Assembly (NCBI GenBank): GCA_964493715.1
Contig: CAZBPC010000043.1
Coordinates: forward strand, 1 to 26,977
Source: an uncultured archaeon
GTDB taxonomy: Archaea > Asgardarchaeota > Lokiarchaeia > Sigyniarchaeales > SOKP01
Length of the DNA: 26,977 bases
Direction of reading: 5' to 3'
The first letter of the stretch is position 1. Each line of letters opens with the position of its first letter. A program made the translations under genes and the position numbers. Of the stretch, positions 1 through 9,637 are shown piece by piece. Below the pieces are notes generated by a model. The model worked only from the letters and a program-made list of their open reading frames with translations. It did not search any database and was not told the origin of the DNA.

Positions 1-59
1 ATTTGAAATTATTTTAGATTTTCGTGTTAGTATAAGATTAGAAAAAAATTTTTTGGCGA

Positions 60-575
60 TTAAAAATAATCATAATGTACTATTTGTTCCAGAGGATGTC
101 GTTCTTGTACTGATTCTTTTTGTTTTAATGGATAACCTAATGGAGTGAGACCTAAAACTCGATAACTTTTAGGGATATTTAAAGCTTCCTTTACTTTATT
201 TTCATCAAACCAACCTATCCAACAAGTTCCCAATCCTTCTGCAGTAGCAGCTAATATTAGATGTTCAAAACATATGCCAAAATCTACAGGATAATATTTC
301 TCTCCATTTCCATTTGTACCAGATCCTTTTTCTTTAATAGCACCAACAATAAAAATAGGAGCTTCTGCGAATTTTTGCTTCTGTCCAACTGCATTCCATA
401 CAGCTTTAACATTTTGGGGATTTTTTACAACGATATAATGCATTCCTTGCATATTTGCCCAAGTAGGAGCTAATCTAGCTGCATCTAAAATTCTTTCTAT
501 TTTTTCCTGCTCAGGTACATCTGGTTTATACATTCTGAAACTTCTACGATTTTTCACTGTATCATAAAATTCCAT
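60..575 (-). CDS. Nitroreductase family protein (FMN-dependent)
   Basis: Motifs RRSFRMY, AARLAPTWANMQ and LAATAEGLGTCWIG, plus C-terminal LGYP...RHPLEQIVH. The start is placed at ATG 575, preceded by AGGTGA (SD-like), rather than the ORF-track start at 602. Confidence 0.92.
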   Translation of the reverse strand: MEFYDTVKNRRSFRMYKPDVPEQEKIERILDAARLAPTWANMQGMHYIVVKNPQNVKAVWNAVGQKQKFAEAPIFIVGAIKEKGSGTNGNGEKYYPVDFGICFEHLILAATAEGLGTCWIGWFDENKVKEALNIPKSYRVLGLTPLGYPLKQKESVQERHPLEQIVHYDYF

Positions 576-866
576 TTTTTTTTCACCTTTAAGATAATAC
601 ATATCGTAATTTAATGAATAATTAATATTTTTTTCTAAATATTACAAAATAGTGAACATTTAATCAAAAAAAGGGAAAAGAGTGGGATAAAAATCTAAAA
701 ACTTTTTAAATTTTTAATTTTTCATGGATAGATTTAAATGCATGAGAAGAGTAACATTAATTTACAGAAGTTATTAAAGAAATAATAGGACTATTTTTAA
801 ATTGATATGCCAATTTTATCCTTCTTTAATTCATTAATTGTGATTTTATAATCTAAGTGAAATATT

Positions 867-1781
867 ATGAACAATAGCTATAGAGAACTCATCAAAAATA
901 AGAATTCACCTCCTACAAGTGATTGTTGTGATCATCCCTCTATAGAGGAGAGAGGTGGTAATAAAGTCTGTTTAAATTGTGGCATCATTTCAGAAAGGAC
1001 ATTCGTTGGAAATGAAAGAAGAGCCTACACCATTGAAGAAATTCAAACAAGAAGGCGCACTGAACCAAGATGGAGGGACTTTGGGCCCCGTACAATGCTT
1101 CCGTCTACCAAAACAGATTCCAAGGGAAAGTCCATTGGTGCGAAAGAACAAGCATTATTTTCAAGATTATCGAAAATCCAGAACTCTTTGATTTCCAGTA
1201 TTGAAAGGAATTTCTGGGAAGCAAAACCTAAACTCAAAATGCTAACTTCAAAACTTAACATTCCAGAATATATTAGTGAAACAGCTTGGAAAATTTATAG
1301 CATTGTTGCTAAGAAAAAGTTAACAATGGGTAGATCCATAAATGGATTTATTGCTGGATCATTATATGCTGCAATAAGGGTTCATGACTTCCCACGATTA
1401 CTTGATGAGGTTTGTGAAGCTTCAATGACACCTCGACGTACTGTCCATCGAAGTCTTGCAATGATTATACGGGAAGTTTTACCACAGTTAGGATTAAGAT
1501 ATCAACCAATTACCGCTGAAAGTTTAGTCTTCCGTTTTGGGAATGAGTTAGACCTCCCAATGAACATACAAAAAGTTGCAATAGATATGCTTCGACAAGC
1601 ATCAAAAAATGGTTTAAAACGTACCGGTAAAGATCCTAAAGGTTTAGCAGCAGCTTGCATTTATATCGCTGCTAAGGATGGTTGTATTCGTAAAACTCAA
1701 TCAAATGTGGCTGATGTAGCAAAGATCACGGAGGTTACGCTTCGTAGCAGGGCCAAACAAATTAAAACTATCTTATCATAA
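867..1781 (+). CDS. tfb: Transcription initiation factor IIB (TFB)
   Basis: N-terminal Zn ribbon (CCDH...VCLNCG), B-reader-like ERRAY, two cyclin repeats (MGRSINGFIAGSLY; TGKDPKGLAAACIY) and C-terminal HTH (TQSNVADVAKITEVTLRSR). Confidence 0.95.
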   Translation: MNNSYRELIKNKNSPPTSDCCDHPSIEERGGNKVCLNCGIISERTFVGNERRAYTIEEIQTRRRTEPRWRDFGPRTMLPSTKTDSKGKSIGAKEQALFSRLSKIQNSLISSIERNFWEAKPKLKMLTSKLNIPEYISETAWKIYSIVAKKKLTMGRSINGFIAGSLYAAIRVHDFPRLLDEVCEASMTPRRTVHRSLAMIIREVLPQLGLRYQPITAESLVFRFGNELDLPMNIQKVAIDMLRQASKNGLKRTGKDPKGLAAACIYIAAKDGCIRKTQSNVADVAKITEVTLRSRAKQIKTILS

Positions 1782-1822
1782 TTTTGATTCTCTTTTTTTC
1801 TTATAATTAATAAAATGAGTTT
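1782..1822. terminator. Probable oligo-T terminator region between convergent genes
   Basis: T-rich tract (ttttgattctctttttttc) directly after the tfb stop codon, typical of archaeal intrinsic terminators. Confidence 0.4.
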
Positions 1823-2398
1823 TTATTCAGTTTTCTTTTGTTTATATTGAAGGATTCCCCACTGTAACCCTACGGCACTAATTATTAATGATGAAACTAA
1901 TACAGTAAGTGTTATTATTGTAAAAAGGAACCACATCCAAGTGCCTACAATGGGAGTGATTGAATCATTAAAGATCATATTCATAAATATAACAGAAAAT
2001 CCCCCAGTATCTATAAGACTCTTGTTAATTAAATAAATAAGTTCATACTTGAAGAAGCTAGCGATTATCATAAATAAACCTGTTATTAACAAAGTTTTCG
2101 CTAAATTTTGATCTTGTCGTTTTTTCCGTTTTGCAATTCTGAAAAGTGCAACTCCTAAAATCAAGAAAGCACTAGAAGTAATCCCATATAATATCCACAG
2201 TAAAGCAAGCTGTACATCGACATAACCTGAATTAAATAATAAATGGGATAAAGTCATCTGTTCGCTATCAATTGAAAGGATAATTAAATTACTAAAAAGA
2301 ATTAGATTAAGTAATTCTATAATAAAAATAATAATATATCCAATGCTGAATATTTTTAACCACTTTAATATAATGTTTCGCTCCATGGTTTCGTTCAC
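1823..2398 (-). CDS. Hypothetical membrane protein (about 4 TM helices)
   Basis: 191-aa ORF with four long hydrophobic segments and a basic cytoplasmic loop (KRKKR). No recognisable family. The start could be ATG 2386. Confidence 0.75.
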   Translation of the reverse strand: MNETMERNIILKWLKIFSIGYIIIFIIELLNLILFSNLIILSIDSEQMTLSHLLFNSGYVDVQLALLWILYGITSSAFLILGVALFRIAKRKKRQDQNLAKTLLITGLFMIIASFFKYELIYLINKSLIDTGGFSVIFMNMIFNDSITPIVGTWMWFLFTIITLTVLVSSLIISAVGLQWGILQYKQKKTE

Positions 2399-2530
2399 GT
2401 TGAGATTAAAAGTTTATCAAGAATAATTAATTAATATTGGTTGACTTTTTATAAAAATTTAAATGTATATTTATCATTTTTTATTTTTTATAATGTTGTT
2501 AATAAAAAAAAAAAATAGGGATTGTTATAA

Positions 2531-3499
2531 TTGAGTCGAGAAAAGCAACACGATACGGATTCAGCTATTTGCACTCATCAGAATCTAATGCAAGATGGTC
2601 CATTCATTGTATGTCAGGATTGTGGATTAATTGTTGATGAGGGGTTAGAATTTGAAACGTCTTCTTCTTCAGGATATTATTCAGATAGTCAATTTGATTA
2701 TGAAAGGAAAATTCGAGCGAGTAATTCGAAAGCAATACAAGATCCCGCTATAAAACAAAAATATGAAAAACTTAAAAACTTAAATATTTGGTTTAGAGAT
2801 TATCATACTAGTTTTACAGAACAAAAAAAAACTATTGAATTATTAAAAAGTTATGGAATCGGTTTAAATATAGATGATACTAAGTATAAGACAATTAAAG
2901 ATAGTTATCTCAGATACAATAAGTATCACCGAGAGACTTATCAGAATATGATAATTATCTTTCTTGCTGTTGTATGGATGGAAATAAAAGATAAAACTAA
3001 CATAAGAATTGAAGAATTCATAAGGGTTTCTCGTGAATTGGGGCATAAAATTAATAAGAAAATGTTAAATAATGCTATGGAGAAAATAATAAGAACTGAA
3101 GTAAGGCTTAAAAAAAAGAAGCTAAAAACTCCACAAGAATTAGAAACGGAAATTAAAGAACAAATAAAGATTCTTATTCAAAAAGATATAAATCATATTC
3201 CCTTTGAGCTAATCAAAGACAATTTTCAAGATAAAAATGAGTTTGAAAAGCTAAAAATTGACATGCAGTTGATCGCAAATAAGATTCTTAAACGTATATC
3301 TTATTCATTCCTTCAAAATCTAAATTACAAGGCTTTTGCAGCAGGATTAATCTATTATATTGGACAGACTCTTGAAAACCCGAAAATATTCACTCAAAGT
3401 TTAATTGAACAAACAAGCAGATTTTCAAGTACAACAATAAGAAAGAAATTTCATATTTTGAAAGAAATTTTGGGAGATCCCGCAGAATTATCAATATAA
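2531..3499 (+). CDS. Divergent TFIIB/TFB-like protein (Zn ribbon plus degenerate cyclin folds)
   Basis: CTH...IVCQDCGLIV Zn ribbon; C-terminal KAFAAGLIYY...FTQSLIEQTSRFSSTTIRKK matches the second cyclin repeat and HTH of TFB; TFB-like length (322 aa); TTG start. Confidence 0.75.
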   Translation: MSREKQHDTDSAICTHQNLMQDGPFIVCQDCGLIVDEGLEFETSSSSGYYSDSQFDYERKIRASNSKAIQDPAIKQKYEKLKNLNIWFRDYHTSFTEQKKTIELLKSYGIGLNIDDTKYKTIKDSYLRYNKYHRETYQNMIIIFLAVVWMEIKDKTNIRIEEFIRVSRELGHKINKKMLNNAMEKIIRTEVRLKKKKLKTPQELETEIKEQIKILIQKDINHIPFELIKDNFQDKNEFEKLKIDMQLIANKILKRISYSFLQNLNYKAFAAGLIYYIGQTLENPKIFTQSLIEQTSRFSSTTIRKKFHILKEILGDPAELSI

Positions 3500-3613
3500 C
3501 TCAAATAGTTACAATATTGTAACTTATTAATGTTGTACAATTAATAAGCTTTGAATCCTAATTTATTATTACTTATTGAATGTTAAATTATACTTGAGAT
3601 TAAGATAATTAAT

Positions 3614-6493
3614 ATGGTGGAATCCATTTCTTCACGAAAAGATTATTATATTTTGACAATTGAACAAGTAGCATCTGAATTTGAGACTGATCTCACTACT
3701 GGGTTAAGTTCTTCAATAATAGATAATAGATATCTAAAGTATGGTTATAATGAATTACCAAAGATAAAGAAGTCTCTCTGGAAAATTTATTTAGCTCCAA
3801 TTTTCAATTTTCTAATTGTTATTTTAATATTTACTGGAATTTTTGTAATTATACTTGGCGAATTTACATCTGCTATATTCACATTTACTATTGTTATTAT
3901 TAATTCGATTACAGTAATTATTCAACAGTTTAGAGCTCAGAAAGCTATGGATTCTTTATTTAAAATTGCTGCTTTAAAAGCAACAGTATTTCGAGATGGC
4001 ATTCAGTTTGAAATTCCTACTAAAGAAATAGTGCCCGGTGATATTGTACTACTTAAACAAGGTGACAAAATTCCAGCTGATGGAAGGATTATAGAAGCCG
4101 TTAACTTGACAGTAGATGAGGCCCCCCTCACTGGAGAATCAGAGGCAGTAGAAAAACAAGAAGATCTTCTTGATGTAATCCCTCTCCCAATTCAGAAACA
4201 ATCTAATATCGTCTTTATGGGTACTTATGTAAATACTGGTCGGGGAAAAATAATAATTTATGGAACAGGCACTAATACAGAGATAGGAAAAATATCAACT
4301 CAGCTTAATGAAATGGGAAGTATCGAAGACATTCCCTTAACCCGGAAATTAAATAAATTGGGTTATATCCTTGGTAGTCTTCTTATTTCTATTTTGATAA
4401 TTTTAATAGTTTATAAATTTATTATTTTAGCACTTGAAGGGAATTTTTACGGACACTATATTAGTGAAGCATTGGTCAGTTCAATTTTACGATCTATGAA
4501 TGTAATGCCAATAAACTTACCTTTATTATCAACCTTAGTATTAATAACTGGTGTTTTGAATATGGCTCAAAGTGGTGTTATTGTTAAGAATATAGCTGCA
4601 ATAGAATCATTAGGTCGTGTCTCCATCATATGCGCTGATAAAACAGGTACAATTACTCGTAATGAGATGTGTGTGAAAAAATTCTGGTTAAATGAATTAG
4701 AATATGATGTAACAGGTTCTGGATACGAATCGGATGGAACTATTACATTGAAAGGTGAAGAAATTAATTTAAGTAATGACCCAACATTTCAAAGATTTCT
4801 TGATTCAAGTATATTAAATAATACAGCTAAGTTAATTTTTGAAGACGTAAAAGTTAGAATGAGAGATCAAAAAGAAATTGCTGTACGAAGAGCAATAGGT
4901 TCTCCCACCGAGGCGGCTCTATTAGTACTAGCAGAAAAAGCAGATTTCGTAACTTATGATGTTAAGAATAAATATAATGTTATTAAAGAATTTTCTTTCA
5001 CTTCAGAATTGAAAAGAATGTCAACTGTCTGTGAATCAAAGGATAAAAAAAGTGGACATTTTGTATTCACTAAAGGAGCTCCTGAAAAAATTTTACAATT
5101 ATCCTCTCAAATTGAATTCAATGGATTAATCAAACCAATTTCAGAAGCAGTTCTGAAAGAACTTCAAAATTTAATAGACAAAAGAGCAAACCAAGGGTAT
5201 AGAACTCTTGCTATTGCTTATAAACCAATAGATAAAGCTAACATTCAAATTAGAGAAAATGCTGAATCAAATTTAATTTTTTTAGGCTTTTTTTCAATAC
5301 TTGATCCCGTAAGACCTGGAGTTAAAGATTCTGTTTCTAAATGTGAAGCGGGTGGAATTAAAGTTAAAATGATTACAGGAGATCATCCTAAAACTGCTCA
5401 AACTATTGCTGCTCAAAGTAGAATATATAAAAAAGGAGATTTGGTAGTAGAAGGGGCGGAAATTAAAAATCTTTCAGATGAGAATTTTGAAAAAGTCAGT
5501 GTTTTTGCTAGAGTAGCTCCAACAGACAAAGAAATTATAGTTAAGAGATATCAAGGACAAGATGGCAAAAAAAAGCACATTGTGGCGATGACCGGTGATG
5601 GAATTAATGATACTCTTGCCTTAAAGTTAGCGGATGCTGGAATTGCGATGGGAATAACTGGAACTGATGTGGCAAAAGAAGTTGCAGATCTCGTCATTTC
5701 AGATGATAATTTTGTTTCTATTGAGAAAGGAGTTAGAATTGGGCGAGGGTTATTTGCAAAAATTCGAAATATCATATTTTTTTTCATTTGTTTGAACATC
5801 GTGGAAGCAGCTGTTTTTTTCACATATGAATTCATTCCCACATTTCAATTATTTTCATCAGAATGGCAACATATTTATATCTATGTAATTGTCCATTCCC
5901 TTCCTTCCATAGCACTAGTAATTGACTCACATCCTAAAGATGTAATGCTTGAACCCCCGAGAGATGAACAACAATTATTAAATCGTAACATGTGGATCAT
6001 GTTAGTTACTCAAGCCTTTTTAATTGGATTAGGTTTAGTTCTAATACTCCAACTTACTATAGGGGGCTTATTTCCACTAAATGAATGGAATCTTAATCCA
6101 ACCTTAAGTTATATTCCAACGGGATCGACTCCCCAAGAAATTCTAAACCAAAAGGCAAGAACGATGTTAATCACTACAATTTATATCGTAGAAACAACCT
6201 TTATATGGACTTTTAGAAGACCAAATAAGTCGTTATTGAAAAGCATAAAAGGAGAATTCAATATAGCGTTATTTCTAATATGTACTTTTACACTCGGAAT
6301 CCAAATATTACATATCAATTTCTCACATACAGTGAATACTTATATAAATGATATTTGGGGCTTAAATTTTCAAATTAATTTCTTATTCCTTAGTGGATTC
6401 GATTGGTTAGCATGTATCTTATTTGCATTACCGGGAATAATCGGAATTGAAATTTTCAAATATATCGCAAGAACTAAAAATATGATATTTTAA
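3614..6493 (+). CDS. P-type ATPase, P2A-like scaffold with non-canonical transport site (copy 1)
   Basis: Motifs LTGES, DKTGT (D342), KGAPE, DPVR, MITGD, FARV and TGDGIND, with about 10 TM helices. M4 reads PINLP and M6 reads VHSLP. Confidence 0.95.
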   Translation: MVESISSRKDYYILTIEQVASEFETDLTTGLSSSIIDNRYLKYGYNELPKIKKSLWKIYLAPIFNFLIVILIFTGIFVIILGEFTSAIFTFTIVIINSITVIIQQFRAQKAMDSLFKIAALKATVFRDGIQFEIPTKEIVPGDIVLLKQGDKIPADGRIIEAVNLTVDEAPLTGESEAVEKQEDLLDVIPLPIQKQSNIVFMGTYVNTGRGKIIIYGTGTNTEIGKISTQLNEMGSIEDIPLTRKLNKLGYILGSLLISILIILIVYKFIILALEGNFYGHYISEALVSSILRSMNVMPINLPLLSTLVLITGVLNMAQSGVIVKNIAAIESLGRVSIICADKTGTITRNEMCVKKFWLNELEYDVTGSGYESDGTITLKGEEINLSNDPTFQRFLDSSILNNTAKLIFEDVKVRMRDQKEIAVRRAIGSPTEAALLVLAEKADFVTYDVKNKYNVIKEFSFTSELKRMSTVCESKDKKSGHFVFTKGAPEKILQLSSQIEFNGLIKPISEAVLKELQNLIDKRANQGYRTLAIAYKPIDKANIQIRENAESNLIFLGFFSILDPVRPGVKDSVSKCEAGGIKVKMITGDHPKTAQTIAAQSRIYKKGDLVVEGAEIKNLSDENFEKVSVFARVAPTDKEIIVKRYQGQDGKKKHIVAMTGDGINDTLALKLADAGIAMGITGTDVAKEVADLVISDDNFVSIEKGVRIGRGLFAKIRNIIFFFICLNIVEAAVFFTYEFIPTFQLFSSEWQHIYIYVIVHSLPSIALVIDSHPKDVMLEPPRDEQQLLNRNMWIMLVTQAFLIGLGLVLILQLTIGGLFPLNEWNLNPTLSYIPTGSTPQEILNQKARTMLITTIYIVETTFIWTFRRPNKSLLKSIKGEFNIALFLICTFTLGIQILHINFSHTVNTYINDIWGLNFQINFLFLSGFDWLACILFALPGIIGIEIFKYIARTKNMIF

Positions 6494-6672
6494 TTTTTTC
6501 TTTTAAATCCTATTTCTATATGATATCTTAATAAAAAGTATTAAAAAACTCTTTTTTATCTTTGAAAAAGAAATAAATTAAAAATAATTACTGTTATAGA
6601 CTATTTATTATTATTAATTACGTTACAAAATAATTATTAAGTTTAAAGTAATGTGTCACGGGAGAATTTCAA

Positions 6673-9561
6673 ATGAATGAAACCTATTACACTCAAGACT
6701 TAGATCAGATTTATGAAAAATTTAAAACAAATTCTACAGATGGATTACCTCGAGAAGAAGCTCAAAATAGAATCCTAAAATATGGATATAATGAATTCCC
6801 TAAAGCATCAAAGGGATTTATTAAAATCTATTTGGCACCTTTGTTTAATTGGTTAATCGTCATCTATTTAGTGGGCGCACTTATTTTATATTTAGCAGCA
6901 GTTTTTGGAAATGAAGGAAATCTAAACTTTGTTTTATTAACACTTGGGATAGTTGCATTAAATTGCATTGTAGCAATTATTCAACAGTATAGAGCCACAA
7001 AAAAGCTCAATGCTTTGCGTGAGATGACTGCCCCAACAACTACTGTCATTCGAGGAGGGCGAAAATTAGAAATACCAACAAAAGAAGTTGTTAAGGGAGA
7101 TCTTTTGGTTTTAAAACAAGGTGATAGAATTCCTGCAGATGGGCGAATTATCCAATCATCAAATTTAGAAGTAAATGAATCAAGTTTAACGGGTGAATCG
7201 GAACCTGTTAAAAAACTTAATGCTGGAAGAGCTTTAACCAAACCAGATCTTTCGATTGGAGAACGAAATAACATGGTGTTTTATGGAACCTACATAACGA
7301 CTGGAAACGGTACTGCAATAACTGTAAAAACCGGAAGAGATACTGAGATTGGGAAAATATCTCAAGGATTAGAAGACGCAGGAACTTCGGAAATTCCAAT
7401 TCGAGAAAAAATGAACAATTTTGGTAAATGGCTTGGTCTAATCGTTATCGGTTTTTGGCTGGTAATTTTATTTATCAGATGGATAGCAAGTGGATTCACC
7501 AATATTGAAATTGTTGGAAGCTTAAATGCTGCTCTTGATTTATTACCAATAAATATTCCCTTATTAGTTACCATAATTTTACTTACTGGTGTTGTTTCAA
7601 TGGCGCATCAAGGCGTGATAATAAGAAATCTTGCTTCAGTTGATAGTTTAGGCCGTGTGAGTGTTGTCTGTAGTGATAAAACTGGCACATTAACCAAGAA
7701 TCAGATGTCAATTCAACACGTATGGACTAATGGAGTGGAATATAAAGTTAGTGGCAGTGGTTATGATCCTGAAGGAAGTATAATCCTTGTTGAAGATCCT
7801 AAAAATCCAGAATATGTTCGACATATTGAAGATCATCAACAATTAAAGCTACTATTAATATCAGGATTTCTAAATAATAATTCAGCTCTTGTCAAAAATG
7901 AACTCGAAATCTCGGGTAAATTAATTAATAATTGGAGCGTGATTGGAAGCCCAACAGAAGGAGCCTTGATGGTTTTGTATCAAAAAGGGATGGGAGATCA
8001 CATGCTTGATGATTTTGAATACAGGCGTGAGTATCCTTTTGATTCAAAAGTAAAAAGAATGACCAAAATATATAAAAAGGAAGGGAAATATTACTCTTTC
8101 ACGAAAGGAGCAAATGAAATCTTATTACCTCTTTGTAGCAAGGTACTATATAAAAATACTGAACTAAATTTTACTGATGAAATTAGGGAGAAAATCAATG
8201 CAATCTCGCAATCTTATGAAAATCAAGGGTATCGAATCTTATCTTTATGTTATAAAAAACTTGATGCTATTCCTCCAGATGAAGAATATCAATCTGGGAG
8301 AAAAATTTGTGAATCGGATATGATATATATTGGTTTCGTGACTATTTTAGATCCACCGAGAGATGGAGTGAAAGATAGTGTCAAAGAATGTCATGATGCT
8401 GGCGTAAACGTGGTAATGATTACTGGTGACTCACCAATAACAGCGAGTGCTATTGCCAAAAAAATTTCAATAATTACTGATGAGGCTAATGATTTAGTTA
8501 TTGAAGGGAAGGATATAAAAAATATCAACTCTTTCTATGATTTCGGCCGGATTAAGGTATTTGCTAGAGTCTCTCCAGAACATAAGCAAGATATTGTAGA
8601 GCGATATCAAGATGCTGATAAAGTAGTAGCCATGACTGGGGATGGTGTTAATGATGCTCTTGCACTCAACATGGCTGATGCAGGTATTGCGATGGGCATT
8701 CAAGGTACTGATGTTGCAAAAGAAGCATCTGATATGGTGATTAGCGATGATTCTTTTAATTCCATAGTTACGGGAATCGAGGAAGGAAGAGGAATATTTT
8801 CACGTGTTCGCGCTGTTGTATTCTTTTATATATGCATTAATGTATTCGAAGGAATCGTACAGTTTATTCTTGCAATAATTTTAGGACTGCCTTACTTTTT
8901 AAATGAACCTTTCACAATGCAATGGATTTTTCTTTCCATAACAGTTCACTTGTTTCCGGGGTTAATCTTAACCTTTGATACTACATCGAAAGATGTCATG
9001 AAACAGAAACCAAGAGATGAGGAGGAAATCCTAAGTAAAAATACAATCTTATTATTATTCATATTTGGAATACTCTTTGCATTAAGCATGATTGTAGTTT
9101 ATTTTATCACAATTACTGGATTATACCCCGTTTTTCCTGAAAATTCGAATTTTGGAGTGTTTAATGATGCATATCTCTATTCACCAGTTACAGAACCACT
9201 ATATTCCCCTGGTATAAACCTTTCTGTTGCTAAAACGTTAACAATGCTCATGACAACTATATTTTTCTGTGAGTCCTTTCTAATATATCAGATTCGGAGA
9301 CCAAACAAGTCATTAATTAAAAGTATAAAAGAAGATAGCACTAAAACGATGTACCTTCTAATTGGTCTGCTATTTGGGTTATTCTTGCTTTTAATGTATT
9401 TACCAGGGGTTCAAGTAAAATTAGCAGAATGGGGTATTAATTTCTTTTTCATGTATCTTACAGCTTTAGATTGGTTAATCTGCTTCTTAATATCGTTAAT
9501 CTGTATAGCCTCTTTTGAGATAGTAAAATATTTTTCTCGTAGATCTGGAATATTTTTCTAA
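6673..9561 (+). CDS. P-type ATPase, P2A-like scaffold with non-canonical transport site (copy 2)
   Basis: Motifs LTGES, DKTGT (D335), KGANE, DPPR, MITGD, FARVSPEHK and TGDGVND, with about 10 TM helices. M4 reads PINIP and M6 reads VHLFP. GGAG lies upstream of the ATG. Confidence 0.95.
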   Translation: MNETYYTQDLDQIYEKFKTNSTDGLPREEAQNRILKYGYNEFPKASKGFIKIYLAPLFNWLIVIYLVGALILYLAAVFGNEGNLNFVLLTLGIVALNCIVAIIQQYRATKKLNALREMTAPTTTVIRGGRKLEIPTKEVVKGDLLVLKQGDRIPADGRIIQSSNLEVNESSLTGESEPVKKLNAGRALTKPDLSIGERNNMVFYGTYITTGNGTAITVKTGRDTEIGKISQGLEDAGTSEIPIREKMNNFGKWLGLIVIGFWLVILFIRWIASGFTNIEIVGSLNAALDLLPINIPLLVTIILLTGVVSMAHQGVIIRNLASVDSLGRVSVVCSDKTGTLTKNQMSIQHVWTNGVEYKVSGSGYDPEGSIILVEDPKNPEYVRHIEDHQQLKLLLISGFLNNNSALVKNELEISGKLINNWSVIGSPTEGALMVLYQKGMGDHMLDDFEYRREYPFDSKVKRMTKIYKKEGKYYSFTKGANEILLPLCSKVLYKNTELNFTDEIREKINAISQSYENQGYRILSLCYKKLDAIPPDEEYQSGRKICESDMIYIGFVTILDPPRDGVKDSVKECHDAGVNVVMITGDSPITASAIAKKISIITDEANDLVIEGKDIKNINSFYDFGRIKVFARVSPEHKQDIVERYQDADKVVAMTGDGVNDALALNMADAGIAMGIQGTDVAKEASDMVISDDSFNSIVTGIEEGRGIFSRVRAVVFFYICINVFEGIVQFILAIILGLPYFLNEPFTMQWIFLSITVHLFPGLILTFDTTSKDVMKQKPRDEEEILSKNTILLLFIFGILFALSMIVVYFITITGLYPVFPENSNFGVFNDAYLYSPVTEPLYSPGINLSVAKTLTMLMTTIFFCESFLIYQIRRPNKSLIKSIKEDSTKTMYLLIGLLFGLFLLLMYLPGVQVKLAEWGINFFFMYLTALDWLICFLISLICIASFEIVKYFSRRSGIFF

Positions 9562-9637
9562 TCTCACTTTTAGTTTATTTCATCCAAACTTATTTTTATT
9601 CGTTAATTTTTTAAAATTTGTTGAAATCTTATTATTT

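Noticed and set aside
3614-9561. Annotating the ATPases as Ca2+-ATPases or as bona fide P4 flippases
   Set aside because: The Ca2+ site II residues are missing, but so are the P4 hallmarks (DGET, M5 Lys, CDC50 partner). Neither label is supported.
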